A DNA stretch of 64,000 bases, taken from assembly GCF_018350175.1 (NCBI RefSeq), contig NC_058368.1, positions 167,960,001 through 168,024,000 of the forward strand, read 5' to 3'. The stretch comes from Felis catus (taxonomy: Eukaryota). The notes beneath the pieces were generated by a model. That model did not search any database. It was not told where the DNA came from and saw nothing but the letters and a program-made list of their open reading frames with translations. Positions within the stretch are counted from its first letter, which is position 1. The number at the start of each line of letters is the position of its first letter. The position numbers and the translations under genes are program-made. Positions 27,663 to 39,720 of the stretch are shown here, piece by piece.

Positions 27663-29580
27663 ACTTCTCTCAAGTACCCAACTAAATAAAGGAATTCATT
27701 CTGCTATTCTGAGAAAAAGCAAGATTGAGAGTTGAGAAGAGAGTTTACTGTTTTTAAAAGTAATTAGTGGAATAAAGAGGCAAGAGCAATGCCAGGTGTT
27801 TGAAAGGGATGTCAGGTAAATGTGCTTGGAATCTGATGATCAGTTTTGTGCTTCTATGGGTCCTGAAAGTATCATGAGTTCTTCCCTGGTAATGACAGAA
27901 TTGTATTAAAAAATAAAATTAGAGCACAAATTCCTTTTTGTGATCTTTTATTGAAAGGTAAATACGTAGTCCTCAGAAACAAAACACACTTAGGCCATTT
28001 AGCAAAATTTGGGGCTTTGGGGAAAATAATGGCAATTCAATGACACACCAAACTTTTAAAAAGGTGAATGAAAATATAAAGAGTAACAATAGTATAAGCA
28101 AGTCAGAGAATGTGATATAAACTCAGGGATGTACTAGTCAAACTAGTGGCTTCAGTTAAGATTGTGAAAAGAGTATTATAAAGAGGAAAAAGAAGAAAAC
28201 AATATATATAACATGTAACAATACAAATATGTAACATACTACATTACATATAACATGTGTAATGATTCTTGTTATAAATAACATATATGTAATAATGAAT
28301 ATATAAAAATATATTCATTTATTTCATCATTAGTAGGGGACTTGAATTTATTTTGTTTACTTACATTCAGGTTTTTTCCCCTAGAAATGCATACAAAATT
28401 ATAAGGAAAATATTTGAGGCAAGAAAGGTAAGAAATACGGATAGTAAAATAATGTCAGGGGTATACTCACCCTGAAGGGATTCATACGATTCAGTGCTGA
28501 AAAGCCTCTGCAAGTGGGTTAAGATTTTGGAATAAGCTTTCAAGGAACCAAAGTAAAGAGGAAAGTAGGATTATTTCTAAGATTCATAATATCAATGATT
28601 TTTTAAAAATCTAATGTTCAAAAGAACCTACAAAAAGACTAGATATGCCTGAGGCAGTTCTGGGTAAAGGCTAACGTTTCAAAAAAAGTATCAAAATATT
28701 CTGCATCATTTAGAAAATGTCCTCTCATTTCTTAATACCACTACGGACTTAACCCATGAGAAACTGGCCACTCAAAAATTTTAAAAATTAAAACTATATT
28801 ATACATGATTAATAACAGTATAATAATAAAATAGATTTAGTTACATCGGAATTTTGCTAAATTTTAATGTTTCATATACAAAATCAATCAGTTACAGATA
28901 CTGGAAATATGTTTCAGATGCTCAGACTGTCATCATCATATGTGAGTGTGTGTATATGGGTGCGTCCACTGTCCTAGTGTTGGGAATGGGGTTCAACATT
29001 CCCAAATCAAACAAAAACATTCCCAAATGAACAAAAAGATTTCTAAATCTTTTCTGTAAAATGGAAATTACGATATCTGCCTCCAAGGATTTTATAAAGG
29101 TTACATTTCATAATGTCTGCAAGGATGCTTTTAGTTATTCAACAAACATTTACTAACCCTTACTATGCCCCTAACTATATGGATACAAAGATGGATAAGC
29201 CAAGCCTCTTCCCAAGGGGCATTCGCAATCTTGTCAACTTTAACGTCCTCCACACAAATAAGACAGGGTTATTTAGAATAGAATAGAATTTCCTAACATA
29301 CATTTCTCAGAAAACTAGCACTCTGGGGCTTTAATAGTTGGCATATGCAAGAAAGAAATGTATGGTTCAATAAGTTCATGCTAAATCAAATTTTTTCTTA
29401 ATAAAAAAAATTAACATAAAACACATAGGATAGCACCTGGTACACAGTAAGCAATTAAATATTAATTAATATTATTTAGGCCCTAGCACAGAAGTTGGCA
29501 CATAAAAAAACACCTGTGGTAGGCTGAAAAATGGCCCCCAACGATAACAATTCTTATTCCATGGAACCTATAAATGCAGG

Positions 29581-30017
29581 TTTTTTTACATTTATACATT
29601 TACATTTTTACATTTTTTTTACATTTAGGTTCTTTTTTTATGTTTAATTTTTAAATGTTTATTCATTTTTGACAGAGAGAGAGAGACAGCAAGAGTGAGG
29701 GAGGGGGAAAGAGAGAAAGGTAGACTTCAGGCCCTGAGCTGTCAGCACAGAGCCCCACGCGGGGCTTGAACCCACGAACCTGGAGATCATGACCAGAGCC
29801 GAAGTCGGAGGCTTAAGGGACTGAGCCATCCAGGCACCCCTAAATGTTTATTTATTTTGGGGGGGGAGGGGGGGACAGAGAGAGATGGGGGACAGAGGTC
29901 TGAAGCGGGATCTGTGCTGACAGTAGGGAGCCCCATGAGGGCCCTAACCCACAAACCGTGAGATCATGACCTGAGCTGAAGCCCCCTGTTTAACTGACTC
30001 AGACACCCAGGTGCCCC
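29581..30017 (-). mobile_element. Two tandem Can-SINEs (about 29650-29840 and 29841-30017) with an extended T-rich tail
   Basis: Two reverse heads (caggcacccc at 29840; caggtgcccc at ~30017), each with a GA tract and T tail. Confidence 0.9.
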
Positions 30018-30589
30018 TATAAACGTAACCTTATGTGGAAAAAAGGGTCTTTGCAGGGGGAGGTTCTCCCGGATTATCCGATGAGGCTCTTCAAACAATA
30101 CCTAGTGTACTTCTAAGAGAGGCAGATGGAGAAGTGACACAGAGGGTGAGGACAGGTGGAGACAGCAGTGATTTGGCCACAAGCCAAGGAGTGCTGGTAG
30201 CCACCAGAAGCTGAAAAGAGGAAGAATGGATTCCTTCCTAGAGCCTTCAGAAGGAGGCCGACACCTTGACTTCGGCCCAACGAAACTGATTTTGGAGGTT
30301 TGTCTTCCACAGTCACGAGAGAGTAAATATTTGTGGCGTGTTTGTTGATTTGTCCTTTCTTTTGGAAATAACAGACACGTTTAACTGTGCCTGGTTAGAG
30401 ATTTGTTTCCTTTTGGGAATTTTAGAAGGAAAGGAGGCAAGTTTCTCTTCTACAAAAAGTAAACTGACTTGCCTTTCTGCTGTAGGTGGCTCCAGAAGTT
30501 AGTTTTGGGGGTATTGCTCTGTAATTGGTCAGGGTTGCCATAGGAAGGGTTTAAAGACAGAACAAGTCTGACTTGGCCCCTCAACCCCC

Positions 30590-31000
30590 AGAGGTCAGGA
30601 AGCTGAGGGAGCAGCGTGCGCTGCCCGGTCGCCCCTGTGGCCACACCCTGTGACCCTCAGAGCAATGCGAGCGGTCCGCCCGGCCGGCCGCGGTGGCTTC
30701 CGAGAGCGCCCGAGCCGGCCTCACTCGCTCCTCCCCCGACGTCGAGGGTACAAACCGGGAGCAGGAGAGGAAGTGACGCTGGCGGCGGGAGGCTGTGTGT
30801 CCCGAGGCGCGAGTGTGTGGGGAGCGAGCTCAGAAGCCGAGAGCGGCTGACGAGGCGCTGCCAGCCGACTGCCAGGGCGGCCGACTCGACGCCCCGGAAC
30901 GGCTTCCGGCGGAAAGGACTCTCCGTTACGCCGGGATCCGATCCTACCGGAAGAGTTTTACCCGTTCTGGCTTGCTGGCTGTGGTGCTGAGGAAAAACTA
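30590..31000. promoter_or_regulatory. CpG island core with housekeeping-type promoter motifs (within the inserted block 30334-31790)
   Basis: Very high GC and CpG against an AT-rich, CpG-poor background. ETS sites: CCGGAA 30894-30899, CTTCCGG 30903-30909, ACCGGAAG 30946-30953. ETS-CRE composite GGAAGTGACG 30769-30778. GC boxes 30676-30681 and 30875-30880. Flanking ATTGG (CCAAT) at 30524-30528 and 31003-31007, and RFX-like GTTGCCATAGGAAG at 30534-30547. Confidence 0.75.
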
Positions 31001-31303
<303 letters not shown>

Positions 31304-31424
31304 TCAGAGGTCAGGTTCCACCTCCGGTTTCCTGCTGCTGATTTCCCTCCGAGCCTGCTTCGTGGGCGCGGGGTTGGCCCTGGGCTTCCAGGCGGCGGTG
31401 GCCCACTCCCCACATGGGCCTTTA

Positions 31425-31607
<183 letters not shown>

Positions 31608-31801
31608 TCAGGCCATTCTGCCAACGGGCTAACTTTTAGCTGGAAGGACGTGGTGAAGGGGAAGTAGAGCGCGCTGGAATGTCGACACCTATCTTTGTTC
31701 ATGCTTGCAGCTGATGCCAGGAGAGGACTCAGCGCAGGCCATTCAGTGGGTGACAGGGAAAGCCTGACTAGGAGGCCAGGTATTCTGGCATCTTTGTTTT
31801 T

Positions 31802-32030
31802 TTTTTTTTTTTTTAATTTTTTTTTCAATGTTTTTATTTATTTTTGAGACAGAGAGAGACAGAGCATGAACGGGGGAGGGGCAGAGAGAGAGGGAGACAC
31901 AGAATCGGAAGCAGGCTCCAGGCTCTGAGCCATCAGCCCAGAGCCCGACGCGGGGCTCGAACTCACGGACCGCGAGATGGTGACCTGGCTGAAGTCGGAC
32001 GCTTAACCGACTGCGCCACCCAGGCGCCCC
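31802..32030 (-). mobile_element. Young felid SINE (SINEC_Fc-type)
   Basis: CpGs intact, long T tail, perfect 16-bp TSD tggcatctttgttttt (31786-31801 / 32031-32046) ending at a TTTTT/AA endonuclease site. Confidence 0.96.
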
Positions 32031-32334
32031 TGGCATCTTTGTTTTTAAACTACTAAATTTGTGATAATTTGTTATAGTACCAATAGGAAATGAATCCAAA
32101 GCCTAATAAATGTTATTAAACTAACCATTATACATGTGGCACCAAGGAATGTGATTTATAAAGGTAACAAGCTAAGTGCAATTATGATGATGTTACTGGA
32201 TAAGACAAAATTTTAATTTGTGAAAGGGACAAAACAGGAAAACTTTAAAGAATGTAACCATATCTAAAGCCTGAATTAGAATAAATTCCAAAAAAGGTAT
32301 GTCTTTTTTAGAATAAACAATCATCCCCCCCCAA

Positions 32335-33340
32335 CATTTTATTACAGAAATTTGCAAACATACAAAAAGTTGAAAGAATTGTTCAGTGAAAATCCATTAT
32401 CCACCACCTAAATTCTATAATTAACATTTTCTACATGTGCTTTATGTCACATGTATCCATTCCTCTATTTCTCTATCCATCCAGGTATCTATCATCAATT
32501 TAACTTATTTTTTGGTGCATCTTAAAGTAACTGCAAACATTTCACTCCTAGCCACTTCAGCATATACGTCATTAACTAGAGTTCAATGTTCTTTTTTTTT
32601 TTAAAGTAAGATTTACCTACTGTGAAATGCATAAATCTTAAATGCAATCAGTTTTGACAAAAGCACACATCTGTCTACCTTGAACTGCTATCAAGATTAT
32701 TTGTAGCACCCCGCCAACTTCCCACATGCCCCCTTTTAGTCAGTCATTGCTCATACCCACCCAAAAAGGCAACTACAGTTGTAGATGTTTTGTTATTTTA
32801 TTTTACCACAGCTTAGTTTTGATTGTTCTAAACCTTCATAAAAATAGAACATACAGTATGTACTCTTTTGTGTAAACCTTTTTTTTCTTTTTACATAGCA
32901 TAAAGGTTTGAGATTCATTTATGTTGTTTCATATTTCAGTAGTTCTTCCTGATTGTAACTTACAGTTGACAAGAGGTATTCCATTATATTAATATGGCAA
33001 GTTTTTTATCCATTCTTCTCTGGAAGGGCATGTGAACCGTTTGCAGATTGGGGGCAAGTGCGAATAATAGTGCTTCTAGGAACATTGCTGTACAATCTTT
33101 TTGTAGATATATGCTTTCATTTCTCATAGGTAAAAACCTAGGATTGGAATTGCTGCGTCATAGAGTATTAGCAGTATGTATTTAGTAGATGATTAGTTTT
33201 AGAAGAAACTGACAAATCTCCTTCCAAAGTTGTAATACCATTTTACATTGCCACAAACACTTTTGAGAGTTGTAGTTGCTTCCTGTCCTCACCTGTTGAT
33301 GTTATCAGACATCTAGACATTCTGGTGAGTATGTAATGAA
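32335..33340 (-). mobile_element. Ancient L1 (L1MC/ME-like) 3' fragments
   Basis: Antisense motifs such as 'gagattcatttatgttgtt', 'aggattggaattgctgcgtcata' and 'ttccaaagttgtaataccattttacatt'. Confidence 0.7.
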
Positions 33341-33409
33341 GACTAAACATTAAAAAACATAAATGTTCTATCATGATAATAATTAAATTTTTTATATCTG
33401 TTTACTGAG

Positions 33410-33510
33410 TTTATTTATTTTAGCAATCTCTACACCCAGTGTGGGGCTTAAACTCCCAACCCGAAGATCAAGAGTCAGATGCTCTTCCAACTGAGCCAGC
33501 CGGATGCCCC
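33410..33510 (-). mobile_element. Short Can-SINE
   Basis: 'gtggggcttaaactc...gatcaagagtcagatgctcttccaactgagccagccggatgcccc'. Confidence 0.85.
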
Positions 33511-35261
33511 TACTCTTTTTATCTTTTAAGAAAATATTTACACAATGACAAACTATATTTGGAAACGGATCAATATTTTAAACTTTATCTTTGTATTTCC
33601 ATAATTTTTTAATGCACACAACATTAAAAGTACATATATATGATATGGATTTACTCATTATACAAAGCTTGGTATAGACTCTTTGTAATAGCTTTTTGGC
33701 CCAGATGCAACATTCCATCTGCTAGGTCTTTGGGACATCTTCATGGCTAATTCCATTTCTTTTATCATCTTTATCCCAGGCAGTGTAACTAACAGTAATC
33801 AGATAATTTTAGGAAAGAAGTCTTAGTCATTTCATATAGCCCTCAATGTTACCTTATATGTTGCTTTCCACATTATCTCTCGTAAGTTGAACTAGAAGTT
33901 AGAAACTAATTTAAAATCAGCTCCAAACTATGATCTCCTCTATAACCACCAAGCTTTTCATCATTTAAGGTTTATAACCTAAATCAGTATTTGGTGGAAG
34001 ACATTATAGAATGTTATGACTTACAAAGTAGGCTGCTTATTCTATTACCAAGAACATTGTAAAAAAATATATAGCCAGAAACTAGATTAGGACTTTGGCA
34101 TTCGTCAGCAAATAGTAAAAGTTGGATACCGTGGATCTCTCAGAATTTTCTTCAATTACTGGGGATAAAAACAAATGATTTTCCTTTCTTTTACTATTTA
34201 TAATTATTTAAGCAAAATGGCCAATTTTAAGAAACTTGCAGTCCACTGATTTTCATAGCTACATATAATATATATAAAATAAAAATCTTAACTGAAACAT
34301 ACAGAAAATTTCAAGTGAACATTAAGATGCTTAGTACTGCTGAAGAGATAAAGTCACTGTTTTTCTATAATCATATGTGAACACAGAAAAAGAAAAGATC
34401 AAAGAAAATTTAACCTGACAGTTTTTCTTTTTCCACTCCATTGTAAGTTTTATTTATGTCTTACATACAATGATTCACCTCTGATCTAGATGATTTGGGT
34501 AAAGCAACTAAACATCAGGTATTTAAAGAATTCTGTAAACATGGCTTCCAAATAGGATCAAGGAGAGAAATAGTCATGAATCTTTTAAAGTATTCGATTA
34601 AGGCTCGAGACATATAAAAGTTCGTAGTAAGCCATACTAAGATGTGCCAAGCACGTATTTGAGGATTTCGGCTACATCTGAAAGAGACTTCTGATACATA
34701 ATATAAAGATAACTTGAAGATATTAATAACTTTAAGCATATTACTAAAAACCTTACATGATCAAAGTCTGGTATTCAGTGAGGGAAAAAGATACCTTTAT
34801 TTCACAATTATGTAAAACTACAGCAAGAATTCTATGAACTACTGTATTATTTTTCATAATATCAATATTTAAAAATGGAAACCACTAAGAAATAATTGCA
34901 AAGTTATTAACTGTATGAAAGCTTTTAAAAGTCATTTTATACTTCTACATTATTCAATTATCCCATATAACTTTCAAAACATTCAGTCTAATTCTTTTTA
35001 AAGTGAACTTTAAACACTGATTAGAATCAATGTCTATAAATCCCTGCAAGGAAAAATAAATGCATGTTTACTGCAAAAATTAATACAGAGCTGAAATCTT
35101 TAAGTTTGGAAATCTCTCTTAACAGATAGTACAACCAATATCAAACATTAATTATAAAGAGGCATTCAGAATTATTTGGGGGAGAAAGAAGTCTTAATGG
35201 GCATTGGGCTGTGTATTCATATATTAGTACAGGGCCATATTTGTTATTGAGCCTAACTTCT

Positions 35262-35493
35262 TTTTTTTTTTTTTTTAATGTTTATTTATTTTTGAGAGAG
35301 AAAGAGAGAGAAAGAGGAGCTCAAGTGCAGGGGAGGAGTATAAAGAGAAAAGGGAGACACAGAAGCTGAATCAGGCTCCAGGCTCCGAGCTGTCAGCACA
35401 GAGCCCGACACAGAGCTCAAACTCACCAACCGTGAGATCATGACCTGAGCCGAAGTCAGCCAAAGTTGGATGCTTAACCAGACTGAGTCACCC
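35262..35493 (-). mobile_element. Can-SINE, slightly 5'-truncated
   Basis: T tail and GA tract. Degenerate TSD ttattgagcctaacttct / ttattgaccccagcttct. Confidence 0.92.
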
Positions 35494-36621
35494 TTATTGA
35501 CCCCAGCTTCTAACATCCATACCCAGTCACCCTGAGTCTGGTTTTCAGCCAAACACCTAGCCCCTCTATTCTTGGAATCTTAAATTTTATTGCCTTATCC
35601 AGGCCAGATAAAGATGAGCAGAAGCCATGAAGTCCTCGACAAACAAACAAAAAACACCACATGGTTTCTCTCTCACCTGTAATTGCATAACAATTAAAAA
35701 ATCCACTAAACTGTACAATTTATAAAAGGAAGATCAAAGTTGTTTTCTTTTTTCCCCCCAGATTGTTTATGTTGTCCCCGTGGTGCTGATACACTAAGCG
35801 TGCACTTGGTCTGCTTAACAATAATCTAGTAGAATGCCTGATCTTATAACGACTGCTACTTCACTGGGAACACTCTATCCCCCCATTTTATGGACTACAA
35901 TGATTCTGCCACTTATTTTTTTGTTCAAATTTTGTTCACCACCTATTTCTTTCAATGTAGATTGAAAACTAAGAATGACTTCTGGCACATATATTCTGCA
36001 TAACTGTCTGACTTGGTGCACTGAACACATTTATTACCTAGATGTTTTCTCAAAACACTATGCCTTTTAATATATTTAGATCTTACCAGAGCCATAGAGT
36101 CCAGCCACATTTTATATGGCTGAGTCTGTGTTTTAAACAAACATTTGAATATGAATGCTTTTAGATCAGACATGTGCTCTTTAGTTGTAACAGTCCCCAC
36201 CATTCCCTAATGAATACATTTGATCTACTTTACTCATGTACATTCTTTGTCTGGCTTTTATGGGCATTTAGGTTTGCAACTCCTGAAAATACCATGTATA
36301 TTCATCCACATTGGTTTAAAACCCTTAATTCAGACCCAAGTGCTGGTCTCTTCTCAGACTGACTGTTGCTCCTGACCCGTGGTTTTCCTTCTCCTCTGTT
36401 GTGACCACTGTATGAAGTATATAGCTCATCATCCTGACCTGACTTCTAGTTCTGACCTCATGCAGGGTCCATGTTTTACTCATCTGTGATGTGATGCTCA
36501 GGACAGGTTTGTTGAATGAAATGAGTGAAGGATTGGTGCTGACAAGTCATGCCCTTGTATATACTTAGAATTCTAAATAAAAGGACTAAATACATCACTT
36601 TTATTAAGAATATGTCAATAA

Positions 36622-36821
36622 GGGGCACCTAGGTGGCCCAGTTAGTTGAGTGTCCAACTCTTGATCTAGGCTCAGGTCACTATCTCCCAGTTTGTGGTAT
36701 CGAGCCCGTGTTGGGGTCCCTTCTCGGGATTCTCTCTCTCCCTCTCTCTCTGCCCCTCCCCAGCATGCACAAGCTCTCTCTCTCTCTCTCTCAAAATAAA
36801 TAAATACAAACTTTAAAAAAA
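36622..36821 (+). mobile_element. Can-SINE
   Basis: ggggcacctaggtggc head, (CT)n tract, A tail. TSD agaatatgtcaataa / agaatatatcaacaa. Confidence 0.92.
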
Positions 36822-37549
36822 GAGAATATATCAACAAAGTAGGACATTATTTTTAAGCAGAACGACTAGATAATTTGTAGTTATGAGGAGAAATATCTAT
36901 GAAAAATCTGGCTACCATAAAGGATAAAAAGCATGTAATAACAAAATGTAAAGGGATTTAAAAGGAGAAAAACTGTATATGGAAATCCATAAAGTTAAAA
37001 GTATAATAATAGGATAAGAACATGTACTAGAAACATGAAGTGGGCTCTGCTGAATTCCTAGTAGACTTATCTTCTACACTAGATAAGCCAAAATGATTCA
37101 GAAGACGCTATAATATTCATTTTTAGGTAAGCAAAAGAAGGAACAAAAACTGTAATAAACTCTTAAAAAATGTGACGGCTAGTGAAAATTATAAATTGCT
37201 ATTAATTTCAAGGAGCTCATCTTACACTTCTTGATATTGGAAAGGAAATATTTACCTGAGGGAAGTAAATTCACTTTCCATGACAAGTTCTACTTCAGGA
37301 CAAAGAAAATACCACAATTTGTCAATGTGAGAGTAAATATCACAGCAAGAAAATAAATATGGTTTACAAGGTATTATTTTCAAAGAAGGAAGATGAGGTA
37401 AACAACATAGTTCAAAAGTACTTTTTATTTAAAATATATACCCTTTAACATTTATTTGCTTACAGAATTAAGACGGTATGTTTACTAGAAGGATCTGGAA
37501 CACATTTCTTTTTAGTGTAATTTGGAAATGTCAGTGCTTTCAAGAGGCA

Positions 37550-37775
37550 GAATGGCAGAGTGCTATGGAGCACAAATTCCGCAGTCTGAGAGCCAGGGAC
37601 CAGATCAAATCTGGTCTGTTACTAAAGCTCCCTGTGCTTTACTCCGCTTAACTGTGCAGTGGGGTAAATAACATTCACTTCAAAAGGATTTTGTAAAGAT
37701 TAAAATAATATATGTAAGTTGTTTAGAATTCTACCTTGCACATATTAAATGATACATATCTTAGCTATTGTTACT
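37550..37775 (+). mobile_element. MIR
   Basis: 'ggggtaaataac...ggattttgtaaagattaaaataatatatgtaa...tagctattgtta'. Confidence 0.65.
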
Positions 37776-38233
37776 TTATTTAAAATTTCCATTATCTCTA
37801 GATGTGATGCACCTCCTGATTTAATTAAGACATATCTGGTACTACCTATCCAGTATATTGCTGAAAAACCAGAAACCTCAATTTAATCAAGCTTCTAATT
37901 AACCTATCAATTCATAGGCAATATGGGGGATGGGCAAGTAGCAAAACACATTGTATGACACCATAAGAAGACAATCAGCTAAATTCTACAATGTAAGAAA
38001 TTTGTAGGACAAACAATTCATGATCTTCAACAAATAAATGACATGCAAATGCAGGAGGTGGGGGTATTATTCACCAAAAGAAACTAAAACATGTATCAAA
38101 CCAATGCAACATGTAACCTAGTTTAGATCCTAATTTAAACAAATAAGCTGAAAAAAGACTTTAAAGAAATTAGTGTTGCTTGTTAGCTGTAATAATAGTA
38201 TTGTATGTGTACACTTAAAAATCTCCATTCATC

Positions 38234-38676
38234 AGGGTGCCTGGGTGGCTCAGTTGGTTAAGTGTCTTGACTTCAGCTCAGGTCATGATCTCACAGTTCA
38301 TGGGTTCAAGCCCCACATGAGCTCTGTGCTGGAGCCTGCTTCAGATTCTGTGTCTCCCTCTCTCTCTGCCCCTCCCCTGTTCATGCTCTGTCTCTCTCTG
38401 TCTCAAAAATAAATAAATGTAAAAAAAAATTATTAAAAAAAAGGTGGGGGGCACCTGGGTGGCTCAGTCGGTTAAACATCTGACTTCGGCTGAGGTCATG
38501 ATCTTACGGTTTGTGGGTTCAAGTCCCACGTTGGGCTCTGTGCTGACACCTCGGAGCCTGGAGCCTGCTTCAGATTTTGTTACTCCCTCTCTCTGCCCCT
38601 CCCCTGCTCATGTTCTGTCTCTCTCTGTCTCTCAAAAATGAATAAATGTTAAAAAAAAAAAATAAAAAAAATAAAT
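38234..38676 (+). mobile_element. Two head-to-tail Can-SINEs (38234-38442; 38446-38676) inside one outer TSD
   Basis: TSD aaaaatctccattcat (38217-38232) / aaaaatcttcattcat (38677-38692). Confidence 0.92.
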
Positions 38677-38720
38677 AAAAATCTTCATTCATTAGAGATA
38701 ACCGAAGAATTTACAAATGA

Positions 38721-38934
38721 GGGGAGTACATGGGTGACTCAGTTGGTTTAAGCGTCAACTTCGGCTCAGTTCATGATCTTGTCCTTCATGAGTTCGGCCC
38801 TAAGTCAGGGTCTATTCTGACAGCTCACAGCCTGGAGCTTGCTTCAGGTCCTGTGTCTCCCTCTCTCTCTGCCCCTACCCTGCTCACACTCTATCTCTCT
38901 TTCTCTCTCTCTCTCAAAAATAAACATTAAAAAA
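38721..38934 (+). mobile_element. Can-SINE
   Basis: TSD aagaatttacaaatga (38705-38720) / aagaatttacaaataa (38935-38950). Confidence 0.92.
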
Positions 38935-39169
38935 AAGAATTTACAAATAAGTATTTGCTCAGGATTTAATTTAAAAGGCTCCAGGAAAAAAAAAAAGTTA
39001 GAGGGAAATCAATTGATGAATAAGAACAGCAAAATGTTGGTAATTGTTTAATTTGGGTGATGGGTACATAAGAGTTCATTTTTTGATTCTACACTTATAT
39101 ATGTTTGAAACTTTCCACGATAAACTTTAAATTTTTAAAATTTATCATATGGTAGTTTAATGTGTTTAC

Positions 39170-39720
39170 CCTAAAATCTCTTTATGCTATCCATATTTGT
39201 TCTTCTAATTGTGCAACTTAACTAAATGTTATAATAAATTAAATGTGAAAGTGAAAAAGAGATAATTATTTTTATAAAACTACGTCGAATGCTTTGCATA
39301 TATCTGATAAAAGTAACTCACTAAAAATGCTTTTGAATTAGGTGTGAGATAATCTTAAAAGTTTAGGGGAAAGTCTAAAATGTAGAAGGTTTTTACTTAT
39401 ATTGCTTCTTAGTGCTAAGAAGTATCTTAGTGCACATTCCACTTTAATGTACTGAAAACTGGAGATCCCTGATGATGCAATTGGGGTTGGCAGAGGTGAG
39501 ATGATATGAAACACCCATCAGAACGCTCTTGTACAAATAAAAGGTCTTGGTCCTTCAGCAGAACACTGGTGAATAAGTGGGCATTTATAGAATTTTAAAT
39601 GATACAAACTACTTTAATATTTTATTTTACAATCCCTACCTCCCTCTTAACTCTTGAAATAAACAAATACTAATCCCCATAAGGGCAGAAAAGAAGAGTT
39701 TCTACTGAGTTACAAGTTTG
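39170..39720 (+). mobile_element. Tigger-family (TcMar) DNA transposon remnant with a decayed transposase N-terminus
   Basis: 'aatgtgaaagtgaaaaaga...aatgctttg...gaattaggtgtg...aaaactggagat...gatgatgcaattggggttgg...acacccatcag...aaaggtcttgg' resembles the CENP-B-like HTH region of Tigger transposases. Recognised by eye. Confidence 0.55.

Larger units (their letters stand above)
37850..39125 (+). mobile_element. Ancient L1 3' end hosting three SINEs
   Basis: 'accaatgcaacatgtaacctagtttagatcctaatttaaac' and a terminal 'gggtgatgggtacataagagttcatt...atgtttgaaactttcca'. Confidence 0.65.
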
